Assembly (NCBI GenBank): GCA_965112735.1
Contig: OZ218962.1
Coordinates: 1 to 64,000, forward strand
From: Phaeosaccion multiseriatum
Taxonomy: Eukaryota > Protista > Ochrophyta, other classes
DNA length: 64,000 nt
Direction: 5' to 3'
Shown: one piece after another, positions 35,915 to 47,230 of the stretch
How the letters are laid out: every line of letters starts with the position of its first letter
Numbering within the stretch: position 1 is the first letter of the stretch
Notes under the pieces: generated by a model
Told to the model about the DNA's origin: nothing
Database searches by the model: none
The model's input: only the letters and a program-made list of their open reading frames with translations
Program-made: the position numbers and the translations under genes

Positions 35915-38900
35915 AGCCCCACCCCCACGCCCTCCTCCACCCCTGGCCCCTCCCTGTGGGGCAGCACCACCTCCGTGCCCTTATGTGGGACCCTATGTGG
36001 GGCCTTATGTGGAGCCTTCGCGTCCCTCGAGCCGCGCCTGCCCATATGCCCGAGCAGAGAGGGGAGAGAGGAGAGATGAGAGATGAGCGAGGACAGAGCA
36101 CGTAGAGGACTGGACAGAGAGGACTGGACAGAGAGGACTGGACGGAGAGGACTGGACAGAGAGGACTGGACAGAGAGGACTGGACAGAGAGGACTGGACA
36201 GAGAGGACTGGACAGAGAGGACTGGACAGAGAGGCCTGGACAGAGAGGACTGGACAGAGAGGACTGGACAGAGAGGACTGGACAGAGAGGACTGGACAGA
36301 GAGGACTGGACAGAGAGGCCTGGACAGAGAGGACTGGACAGAGAGGACTGGACAGAGAGGACTGGACAGAGAGGCCCTGCAAGGCCCAGTGAAGGACTGC
36401 GTGGGGTGGGGCCTTCCCCCTAGGGGCCGTAGTGACTAAGAGCGAGAGGGTCTCACCTTTGCGGAACACCCGTATGACTGCTGCTGCTGCTGCTGCCGGC
36501 ACTCCACCATTTTTCGCTTCCCTTTCTGCGTTGGTTGACGGGGGAGGACATGGCCGTGTAACTGTCCTCAAGACGAAGGCCCACCGCAGAGAGCTGAGCC
36601 TCGCGATCACGGTGCAGAATCTTAGAGGGGCACAGGGGCATGGAAGCAGAGGTAAGAGAGACAGAGAAAGATAAGATAGGGAGACGGGGGGAGGGAGCGC
36701 GAGAGGCGCCAGGGGAAAGGGGAGGGGAGGGGAGGGAGGGGGGACGAGGGATCCTCCTCGGCGGAGAGCGAAGGCCCCCCACAGGCACAACACTGACAGA
36801 AAAGGCACCTCATCCAGAGCCTCGACATCGCCCTCCACATGGCCTCCTCCTTAGGGTTAGCTAAGCCTCTCCGCCCTCCCTCGCTGGATATGATATACCC
36901 CTCCTCCCTCACCTCGAAGGCCTGCCTTGCCTTTCCCTCGGTGACCTCGAAGGGCTCATCCGAGATCATCACGGCAAGGATGTACTTGAACCCCAGGATT
37001 ACGTGCTCGGCAGCCACCACCAGCTGTTGTCAGTTGTTGTCAGTTGGCAATAGACAGAGAGAGGGGGAGGCACAGCGCTCAGCAAAGGATGGCAAGGCGA
37101 GGGGAGTCTTGCCGCGCTTCGACAAGGAGGCACGCAACAAGGAGGCACGCAACAAGGAGGCACGCAACAAGGCCCTCGCACTCACCCCGACATGCTTGGA
37201 GGAGGGGAACTTGTGGTCCAGCCAGTCGGGTAGCACGGAGGGGAACACGGCGTCCAGCTGCGCCTCCGACGTGAGGGACAGTAGCAGCACGTTCGTCATC
37301 ACTGACACCACTGACAGAGCCTCCAGCACATTGTACCAGCTACGAATATGTCAATGAGGGGGGGAGGGGTGCACATTGTAAACAGAGGGACCGAGGCGTG
37401 CGTGCGGGCAGACAGAGAGACAGAGAGAGAGAGACAGAGAGACAGAGAGACAGAGAGACAGAGAGACAAAGAGACAGCAGCACAGAGGGGGCAGCAACCC
37501 TCCCCCACTCAGCACCGGCGGCCCTTACTCACTCACTCCCTCAGTCACTCAGTCAGTCACTCGCGCACTCACTCACCCCTCTACTCACTCACTCACTCAC
37601 TCACTCACCCCTCTACTCACTCCCTCATTCACTCACTCACTCACTCACTCACTCACTCACCCCTCTACTCACTCACTCATTCACTCACTCACTCACTCAC
37701 TCACTCACTTACTCATCCCTCTACTCACTTACTCACTCACTCACTCACTCACGCACCCACTCACTCACTCACTCACTCACTCACTCACCCCTCTACTCAC
37801 TCACTCACTCACTCACTCACTCACCCCTCTACTCACTCACTCACCCACTCACTCACCCCTCACTCCCTCACTCACTCACTCACTCACTCACTCACTCACT
37901 CACTTACTACTCACTCACTCACTCACTCACTCACTCACTCACTCATTCACTCACTCACTCACTCACTCACTCACTCACTCACCCCTCTACTCACTCACCC
38001 CTCTACTCACTCACTCACTCACTCACTCACTCACCCCTCTACTCACTCACTTACTCACTCACCTGCCGATGTTACCCCTCATCTGCATGCGGGGCCTCCT
38101 GGCGGTGAGGAGCTTGTTCCGATCGATGAGCCCCTCCAGCAGGTTGGCGAGCAGGGCCAGCAGGGGGGCCAGAGGGAAGGCCACCGCGAAGAGCGTGACG
38201 TACCCGAACTGCACCATGAGGCTCATGTACTCCTTGAGAGGGGCGTAGTCAGAGCGCACGGCCTGCTCCTGCATCACGCGCCGCCCTCGGGCAAGGAGGG
38301 AGGGGGGCAGAGCGTTGAGGCGGCACTGAGGGGGGCTGCCGGTCACACGCTTGCTGAGAGAGAGAGACGGCAGGGGTGGGTTTAGGTAAGGTTACGTACA
38401 GAGAGCACACAGGGGCAGAGGGAATGAGCGCAGGGCGGGACACTGGGCACTGTACAACACCTGGGACATGACACTGGCACTCACACTCCCACTCCACTCA
38501 CCCCCTCCCTGCCATCTGTGACTCACCCGTGGTGCTGCACCTTGGTCTTGAGCTTGTCCACGTGAGCGCCCTTCATGGCTTTTGACAGCACCAGAGCCCC
38601 GAAGGACGAGCCCCTCCTCCCTCCCCGCCCTTTGCCGTGCCCCTTCCCGCCCACGCCCTCCACGGAGCCCCTCCCCCCGAGGGACGTGCTTACTCTCCTC
38701 CAGCGCGACTTGGACTGGGCGCTGCCGCTGCTCCCACTACCGCTCTTACTACCGCTGTTTATACTGTGACTTGAAGAATGCGCTGCCTTGCCCCTGCCGG
38801 AAGAGGACTCGGAGGATTGCCTCCTCCACCCCGTCTTGATTACGGGGTCCATCGCCTGCATCAGCGCCCCCATTACCTGCAAAGCAGATGGTGATACAGG

Positions 38901-41860
38901 CGCGGGACAGGGGGGGGAGGAGAGGCCCTCGGGCGTCAAAAAGGGCAGGGAGGGAGGGAGGGAGGGAGGGAGGGAAGGAGGGGGGAGGGAAGGAGGGAGC
39001 AGCAGCCATGGCCCCGCTGCCGCTGCTGGACCCTTGCCTCGGCCTGGAGCTTGGCCTCTCAACCCTTTTACCCCCCCCCCCCCCTCCCCTCCCCTCCCCT
39101 CCCTGCTCGGCGAGGAGAGTAAGCCTAACCCTGAGCATGAGCCTGAGCCTGAGCATGAGCAAAGCCCGGCTGCCTGACTGCTGCACTAACTGACTGAGTG
39201 AGTGAGCCAGGGAGTGAATCATGGCCGACTGACTGCCAGACTGACTGACTGCCTGACTGATAGACTGACACCAGGCCCCGACCGACCTGCTTGGCGATGA
39301 GGATGGTGCTGAGCATGGAGCGCAGCTGCTCCATGTCCCGCTGCAGGAAGGCGATGTAAAACAGCGCGCTGTAGCTGTTGACGAACTGGAACAGGCACAG
39401 CTTCAGCACCAACGAGTCGTGCGTCTTGTCGGCGAGGAGGTGCCCCTCCCACTTGCTGAACCAAGAAGCAGCCTTGTGGTGCACTGGGGGGGGGGGGGGA
39501 TGAGCGGTGTGAGGGGCTGGGGCCTCCGTGCCAAAGGGGACGACTGACCGACTGACTGACAGCAGATGCTCCATAACAGGAAACAGGCACCACACAACAC
39601 ACTCGCGCTCGACTAAGCTAAGCTCTCCTGGGCATCTCTACTGACCTTCGAAGAAGAACGTGGGCAGCGTTGCGTACATGACCCTCCATGCCACGGGCCT
39701 CCACGAGCCGGGCCCGAACAGCTCGCTGCTGCGTGTGACGCGGTCCGTCATGAAGAGCATGAAGTACACCGACACCAGCGTGCACAGAGCCTCGAACAGC
39801 ACTGAGATGAGCAGCCTGGGGCACAGGGGGGGGGGAGGGGGAAGCTTGTCAGGAGGGGAGGGACAGGGAGAGGGAGAGGAGCAGCGCGGTGTCCCTCATG
39901 CCCCGACGGCTGCTTAGGTTGGCTAGCCCTTCCCCCTACGGCTGCCTAGGTTGGCTAGGCCTTCCCCCTACGGCTGCTTAGGTTGGCTAGCCCTTCACCT
40001 TGCAAAGAGGAAGAATTCCTCCCACGTCTTGCCGAGCGTCTCGCCGGGGGTGTTGACGAAGCCCGCAGAGTCCCAGCCGATGAGCTGCTTCGCTCTGGCC
40101 ACAGAGAGAGGGGAGAGGAGGGGACAGAGTGAGACAGGGAGCGGCGGCCTGACTCTCTGTCTCGGTTGGGAGTACAGCAGGCCCAAGAAAGAAGCGAAGA
40201 GCTTCTGCTACCACCCTGCCCCTTTAAGACGGATGCCCTCTCCCCCTTGACAAGGCTCACTTGTTTGTGTCATCGAGGCGGTGCGTGCCCCAACGGAAGG
40301 CCAGGGAGGAGGCTCTCCTCTTCCAAAACTCGAGCAGGCAAGTGGACCACAGCGCCAGCAGCAGGTTGAAGGCGGGCATGAGGGGGGAGTCCCAGGGGGG
40401 CAGCTCCCCCTCCCCCTGCTCCACAGAGAGCAAGAAATGGCGTCTGGCGTACCACACGTAGAGACCCGCCACTGCAGGCAGGCCCAGGAAGGCCGTGTAG
40501 AAGCTCAGGAAGGCGAAGTAGAGGCTGACTTTGCTGCCGAAGTACGCGGTGAGCTCATCCAGCACCGCCGCGTTGCCCCTGAGGTCGAGGTCCAGAGCCA
40601 GCAGGCGGTCCACCAAGTCCAAGGAGCGCCACGAGGAGCCGCCCCTGAGCTTTCGCTTCACCTGCCGCAGCGCTGCAGGAAGTGACAGATGACGTGAGGG
40701 AGGAGGGGGCAGAGGAAGAAGAGGAAGTTAGTCATCTTCCTTGCTGTGCAGCACAAGAAAGAGAGAGAGAGAGAGAGAGAGAGAACTCACCCTCTTTGTT
40801 GTGCAGCGGGAAGAGCTCCTCGTAGTCGAGGACGTTGAGCCGCTTTGCCGCCTCGAGCAGCCCCAGCGCGTCTGAGTCACAGGTGTCGGCCATAACAGGC
40901 GTTGATCATACAGGGCAGAGGCCAGAGGGGGTGAGAGAGCGTGTCAACCTTCGGCTGAAAGCGACTGCAGCCAAGCAACAAAGCCCTAAAGTTATGTTAT
41001 GTTATGTACGGCTACGTACCCTCCACGAGCGACGCCCTCTCCGTGGAGGTGAGCTCTGCAAGGCGTTGAAGAGGGTCCACCCCGGGGTCGCGGTTGATCT
41101 GCAAAAAGCCCAGAGAGAGAGAGATGTGATGAGCAGCAGCCTTGCTTTCCCTGTGTGCAGCGGTAAGGGACTCTACACCAAAGGGGCTCTACACCTTAGG
41201 GTTACTAAGTAAGGGTTACTAAGTAAGGGTTACGAGGTAAGGGTTAAGTAAGGGTTACGAGGTAAGGGTTAAGTAAGGGTTAGCACTCGCTGCAGGGGCT
41301 CTACACCTTAGGATTAGGGTTGGCACTCGCTGCACTCGCTGCCGTATCAGACTCACTTGTGTGCGCAGCAGTCTTTCCTCGTCGGTCCATATAGACAAGT
41401 CCAACCCGGGCCCCCCTGAGAAGGCAGGCGTATGGGTAGGGTAGGCATGAGGGCATTGCGGTGAGTCACCCCAACACCCGTTCGTCTGCTGCCCCCCCCC
41501 CCTCACTCCTGCCGGGTGCAGCCGCGCCTCCGCCTGGCCGCCTCACCCGCCTGATCCTTTGGTCTGCTGCCCCCCGCCCCCTGCCATTCGTCTCACCTTC
41601 GTTTTTGACGGCGAACACGTCATGGAAGCCCCTCCTGTGTAGCCAATTCAGCACCTCCGTGTGCTCGTCCTCGTCGGGAGACACCTTCAAGGGAAGGACA
41701 AAGAGGATGGAACAGGGGTGGGACTTGTAGTCCACTGGCGCACTCACACACTCACTGCAGTAATCTACTCACTCACCTTCCTCTTAAGTTGTACGTTTAT
41801 CAAAGCAAAGTCTGGGACTGCATCAGGAGGCGCAGGGGCGCACACCGAGCAAGCGGACTC
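35147..41860 (-). CDS. Anoctamin/TMEM16 family Ca2+-activated channel/lipid scramblase (ANO10/TMEM16K-like); 5' end uncertain
   Basis: 'YFGSKVSLYFAFLSFYT', 'LLEFWKRR..LAFRWG', 'SLVLKLCLFQFVNSYSALFYIAF', 'EYMSLMVQFGYVTLFAVAFPLAPLLALLANLLE..D..KL', 'NIG.W', 'AEHV'. Confidence 0.92.
36105..36372. repeat. Intronic 14-bp tandem repeat (GAGGACTGGACAGA)n
   Basis: About 19 near-identical tandem units seen directly. Confidence 0.95.
37527..38062. repeat. (ACTC)n tetranucleotide microsatellite in an anoctamin intron
   Basis: Direct observation; it begins at the intron donor on the - strand. Confidence 0.95.
41196..41322. repeat. Degenerate interstitial telomere-like repeats (TAAGGGTTA/TTAGGG variants) in an anoctamin intron
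   Basis: Multiple TAAGGGTT/TTAGGG units separated by short spacers. Confidence 0.7.
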
Positions 41861-42560
41861 TGCTTGGGCGAGTGACACAGAGGCCGTATAGATAGAGGGG
41901 GAGGGAGGGAGGGAGGGAGGGAGGGAACGGATCAAGAAAGCGAGGAGAGGAGAGAGATCAAGAAAGCCCTCCCGGAGCTGCTGAGCCCGTTCCAGTCAGT
42001 GTTAGAATTAGCGCAAGCAACTCACGCACCATCTCGCTTTTCAAGCTGAAAAACGTTTCCGCTTCTGCTGCTGCTGGCGCTGCTCTTCCTCTTCTTGCTC
42101 CAGAAGGGCATTGCCTTGGCCTCAGGGACCCCTCCTGAGGAAGCCTCCCGCCAAGACCTCGCCGAGATGGCAGTCCAACAGGTGCGGTCCCGAGAGGCGC
42201 ACTGTTTCTGCTCCCTCCTCCTCCAACGAGGACGATGCGTCCTTTTTCCGAATGAGCCAACGCACTCCTCTCTCTCCAGCCCTTAATTAGGCCCCGCCGT
42301 AGTAGCGCCGCCAGCAGAGCGTAAAGGATCTGCTCTGTTTCTCGACTACTCCCTCCATCGGGCTCGAGAGTGCTAACCTGAGGGCTGAGGGAGGGTGAGA
42401 GGGGAGAGGGGAGAAGCACCCACGCGGCGCGTCGCCAACCAAGAACTGGAGCACCAACACGGACCGATCCGGATCATCCCTCCCAGCATCTCCCTCCCAG
42501 CATCTTTCATCTTGAGGAGGAAGGACTGAGGAGGGAGGAGGGAGGAGCGAGGGGAGGAAA

Positions 42561-45500
42561 ATGGGGGACAGTCGCAACCCCAAGACCATAAAGAGAGAGA
42601 AGAGGAGGGCGGAGAAGAAGGAGGCGAAGAGGAAGAAGGTGCTGAAGAGGCAGGGGCTCGACAGAGGAGACGCCATTGAATATGATGCTCCAGGCGATAT
42701 CCAGCCTTCCGTGTGGGATGACCAAGTCTGCGTGACGGAGCCGGACTTTTGGAGTGCCTGCGGCGTGAAAGTGTGTAGCAGAGAGGGGAAGAAGGAGAGG
42801 GAGGTGTTGTGTCCTGTGAGTGAGGTAAGCAACAAGACCTTTTTGGATTGCGTGGCCTCCCCTCTCCCCCCTGATGTTGAGTGTGCCTTCTTGTCTCAGG
42901 GCCGGAGAGTGCAGCGCTACGAGGCTCTGCGAAAGAAGCTGAGGAAGCTGTGCGGGGACCGCTACCCGAGGTAAGTCTAACAACAACAGAGCGCACCAGC
43001 CACCCTCCTTGTCGCTTCGATGCCCTAACCCGAAGTGTAAAGTATGCAAAGCAGTGGTGCTATTGTTCAGTGCTGACTGCCATTGGGCAGAGCGCTGGGG
43101 AGATAAGACACAGTGAGGCCCCTTGTGCTGCGTTGCACACATGCTGACGTCCTTGCGGCGTGACTAAGTGGCTACGCCCATCCTCCTATTGCCCCTCCTC
43201 TTGCCTCTCGCCCTTGGTCCCTCTCCGAAGCCTGGCGTTCGAGCGGTGGGCACTGTCCGCCAGACAGACTGAGGAGTCTCTACAGCGGGCGGAGGCCCCT
43301 GGGAGAAGTTGCAGGGGCAGGGACCCGCTAATCCCCTGCAACGAGACGGGCCACGAAGATGCCACGCTCAGGGCAGACCTCATTAAGTGAGTCGGTCGTG
43401 TGAGGGCTAGTCATCAAGTTACTCGTCAAGTGAGGCGTCGCCAACTGAGAGCTCCTGCTCTATTGAGTAAGGCTCGCTCTCGCCAAAGATCGAAAGGCCA
43501 AACGCTGCAGCAGCCCCCCCCCCTCCCCCCCCCCCTCCCCCCTCCCCCCTGCCCCCTGCCCCTTCTGTTCTGTGCGTGCACCAGGCTGGGCAAGGCGCCC
43601 CTCGCGGCGGAGAAGCTCTGTAGAGCTCTCACCTCGCACGCCAGATCCGCGGTACGGGACGGGGAGGATGCCCAGGGGGGGAGGGCTGACGGTTTCGGCC
43701 GTAGCGGACACGCCATGGCTTGCAGCGGAGGGCGTATGGCGGCAAGAGCCTCCTCCTCCTCCTCTCCCTCCTCCTTGACCTGCTCCTCCTGCGGCTTCGA
43801 TGGCTTTCTCCTCGGTGTGCGCGCCGAGGAGGGCACGCACAACTTTGTCGTGGGGCCTGCGGCAGCAGCAGCAGCAGGAGGAAGGGGAGGGGCAGGTCCT
43901 CCAGGTGGGTAGGTGGGTGGGTAGCGGCGACGGACCTGGACATTTCCCCTCCCCTCTGTGACTCGACTGACTAGGGGCCTTGTCGTGCCTTTCCCGCCCT
44001 GCTGGCCTTCCAACGCAGCCCCTCTACCCTCCCCTCTCTCGGCCCATGTGCCTGCGATGTCCTCTCTTATGTCCGCTCTTGGATACGCTCAGGGCGAAAG
44101 CGTGGCCTCGGCCAAGGCGGCAACGGCAGCAGCAGCGGCAGCAGCAATTATAGGGGCAGCGGAATGGCGTCCTACACCCTCCCTGGGGCGGTGCTGGACA
44201 AGCTGCGCGAGCTCTGGGCGAGATCAAGACGCACTTATGCCCCTGCCCAACACGGCCTTGAGAGCAAGGACAAGGACAAGGACAAGGACAAGGGCTTGTT
44301 GACTGTGCGGCTGTACACGCTGCTGCAGCGCTACTCGGCCTTGGGAGGCTTCGGCTTCCAGGCAGCACTGCCCCCCCAGGCCTTCCACGCACTCAAGACC
44401 CTGTTTGGGGTGCAGATGGAGGTGAGGTGCCCACTCTCCCCACTCTGCCTGCTTACCCTCTGTCTTCCGCGTCATCACTGCCCCTCCCCCCTGCTGGGGC
44501 CCACTGCCCTCATTCTCTGCCTCTCGCCCTAACTTTGCTCACCTCTCCTCACTTCACTTCGCTGTGTGTTCCGCTGTGCCCCTCCCCTCTCACTCACTTG
44601 TGCGGTATGTTTGTTCGGGCAGTGCTTCGCCTCTCCGCTCAACTGCTACTTCGAGGTCAGTGGGATCAGTCGGGTGTCGTTAGAGTGTAGTTAGAGTGTA
44701 GTTAGGGGTCAGGCTTGTATCAGCGGTCAGCCGTCAGTGGTCAGTGGTCAGTGGCGGGAGTCCAGTGTGATGGTGTGATGCACCCCTCCCTGCCCTCCTT
44801 GGGCCCTTGCCCATGCAAGACACGTATGCCTCTAACCTCCGTTTGCCCCTATGCCTCCAACCCCCCCCCAGCGGTACTGCTCGGCGTTTCCTGACGTGGA
44901 CGGCCCATTCGGCTCTGTGGGCTCCTTCTTCGACTTCCACCCGAAGTGAGCGCCTCTCTTTGCCCCAGCGCTCTCTCGTCGCGGCTGCTCCCTCCTCCTT
45001 CCTTTCCCTTCGCCCTTCGCCCTTCGCCCCTCGCCCCCCCCCCCCTTCCCCCCTCCTCCCCTCTCTTGTCCTGACACTCTCTTCTCTGTCCTAACACCCC
45101 CCTTGCGCCTGCCATAGGTCGGGCAGCTTCGAAGCCAACCCCCCCTTCTCTCCTCCCCTCATGTCCGCCATGCTACGGCACATAGAGCGCCTCTTGGGAA
45201 CAAGCGCTGGCCCCAGGGGGGAGGACCCCGGGGGGGAGGACCCCGGGGGGGCAGGTCCTTTGAGCTTTGCAGTTGTGGTGCCGGTGTGGGAGGACGGCGA
45301 GGCAGGGGCCGAGGATGACGTGTCAGAGGTGTCAGGACATTTCTGGGGTATGCTCCAGAAGAGCCCTTTCCTCGCCGCAACGCTCAAGGTGAGGGTGTGT
45401 GTGTGTGCGTGTGTGTGTGTTGTTTGGGTGTGCGCCGGAGCATTTCCTCGCCTCAAGACCCCGGGGGGAGGAGGGCATTGGGTTGGAAAGCGGCAGGAGT

Positions 45501-46142
45501 GACATTACACGCCCCCCCCCTGGGTCCTGTCCGTGTTGGAATACGTCGTCACAGATCCCCAGGGGGGAGCATGCGTGGCGGGACGGGTCCATGAGCAACG
45601 GCGGTGGGGGAGGGGCTCTGCGTCGGCGTGTGCCGTGCGACACAGCGGTGTGCTTCCTGCAGAACGAGAGGGGCAGGAGGGAGTGGCCGGCCTCAGAGGA
45701 GAGCCTCAACACCCTGCGGCGCTGTTGTGAGGGGCAGGGGGGGGGAGGGGGGGAGGAGGAGGCAGCAGCAGCAGCAGCAGCAGGAGGAGGAGGAGGAGGA
45801 GGAGGAGGGAGAGGAGGAGGAGGGGGAGGAGGGGCAGAAGGAGGGGGAAGTAGCGGGGACGTAAGGGACGTATCGGGGGGGGGGGGTGCCGCGGCTGTAG
45901 CGAGGGAAGAGAGTGGGGCCAGCGCCGAGCAGAGCGATCCATCACAGGAGAGCAAGAGCGAGGGGAAGAAGAAAAGGAGCAACAAGGAGGGGAAGAAGAA
46001 AAGGAGCAACAAGGAGGGGAAGAAAAGGAGCAACAAGGAGGGGAAGAAGGAGGGCAAGAGAGTCAAGAAGAGGGCGCGAGAGGGCGAGGAGCAGGGGGGC
46101 AAGAAGCGCCCCAAACGACCAAAACAAAAAAGTGATGAATGA
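42561..46142 (+). CDS. PCIF1: PCIF1/CAPAM-like adenosine N6-methyltransferase
   Basis: 'LLQRYSALGG.GFQAALPP..F..L...FGV.MECFASPLNCYF.RYCSAFPDVD.PFGS.GSFFDF.P.SGSFEANPPF' (NPPF catalytic motif), 'PLSFAVVVPVW', 'FLQN'. Includes a micro-exon at ~44623-44655. Confidence 0.9.
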
Positions 46143-46289
46143 CAAAGTGATGACAAAGTGATGACAAAGTGATGACAAAGTGATGACAAAGTGATGACAA
46201 AGTGATGACAAAGTGATGACAAAATGATGACAAAGTGATGACAAAGTGATGACAAAGTGATGACAAAGTGATGACAAAGCGATGACAAT
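46130..46289. repeat. 11-bp tandem repeat (AAGTGATGACA)n overlapping the PCIF1-like stop codon and 3' UTR
   Basis: About 13 units seen directly. Confidence 0.95.
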
Positions 46290-46456
46290 TGAATGTCAGG
46301 AAGATGGACAGATAGACCGAATGTACTCATTCGTACTGTACCTACCTCACCATGGCGCTCGTAACCCTGCCCGCAGCTGCCCGCAGGCCCAACTCTGAAG
46401 GCAAGCGTCTCCCTCGTGTTGTTGTTGTGTTGTTGTTAATAGCCTTGTTTTATTAA

Positions 46457-46693
46457 CACCCGATTTGCGTAAGAATCGCCCTAATCACCCGTCTTTTATT
46501 TTCTTTAAAATTAATCGGGGGGGTGCTCTTGCAGAAATGCTGATAAGTAAGGGAGGGGGAAAGCGATGAAAGCCGAAAGACTATGGATCGATAGGCATCT
46601 CAAAGAGCGACACGAAGAGCTATAGCGCTTCTCCCAGCGTCATTTTGCGGAGTTCGTGCATAAATTTGGGCCATTTTTTATGCAAATCGAGTG
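46457..46693. mobile_element. MITE copy 2 (inverted relative to copy 1), TTAA on both sides
   Basis: TTAA|CACCCGATTTGCGTA ... TATGCAAATCGAGTG|TTAA. The interior is homologous to 27217-27469. Confidence 0.88.
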
Positions 46694-47230
46694 TTAAAAA
46701 AAAATAATATGAGAGAAAGATATCGACTGTCTCTGTGGCCACCTCGAACAAGTCCAAGCTGGCACCCGAATATAAGAGGACAGATAGCCTGTCCTGCTGT
46801 CCCCCCTCCTCGTCTATGTGTCTACTAGTATCTATGTACATGGTGCATGCATGTGTGCACACGACCGAGGGAGAGAGAGTGAGTTTCTGGTAGCCTGTCG
46901 GAGCCGTTCCACTCCCCCCTCATGCCTCCACAGAAAGGGTGTAACGCCTCATGCCTCCACAGAAAAGGTGCCTCTCTCTCTGCCCTCCTCCTGGGAAAGG
47001 ATTCCTCCACTCGACCACTGTCCTCTCGGGCCCCTCCCTCCCTCCCTCCCTGCCTGTCGGATCTTGTAAGGAACTGCTCAGGAGCTACTCCGGGCCTAAC
47101 CCTAAGCAAGTCGGTCCTCCGCCAGCGCCAGCCCGCCCCTGGCAGGACAGTACCTTCAGCAGGACTGATGGCCTGCCCCATATGCTTGCCGTGCCTTACT
47201 TGTGTGGCTGCCCCATGCCCCCCTCAGCAC

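Noticed and set aside
46130-46289. Tandem GTGATGA resembling snoRNA box C
   Set aside because: No matching box D or terminal stem; a simple 11-bp tandem repeat.
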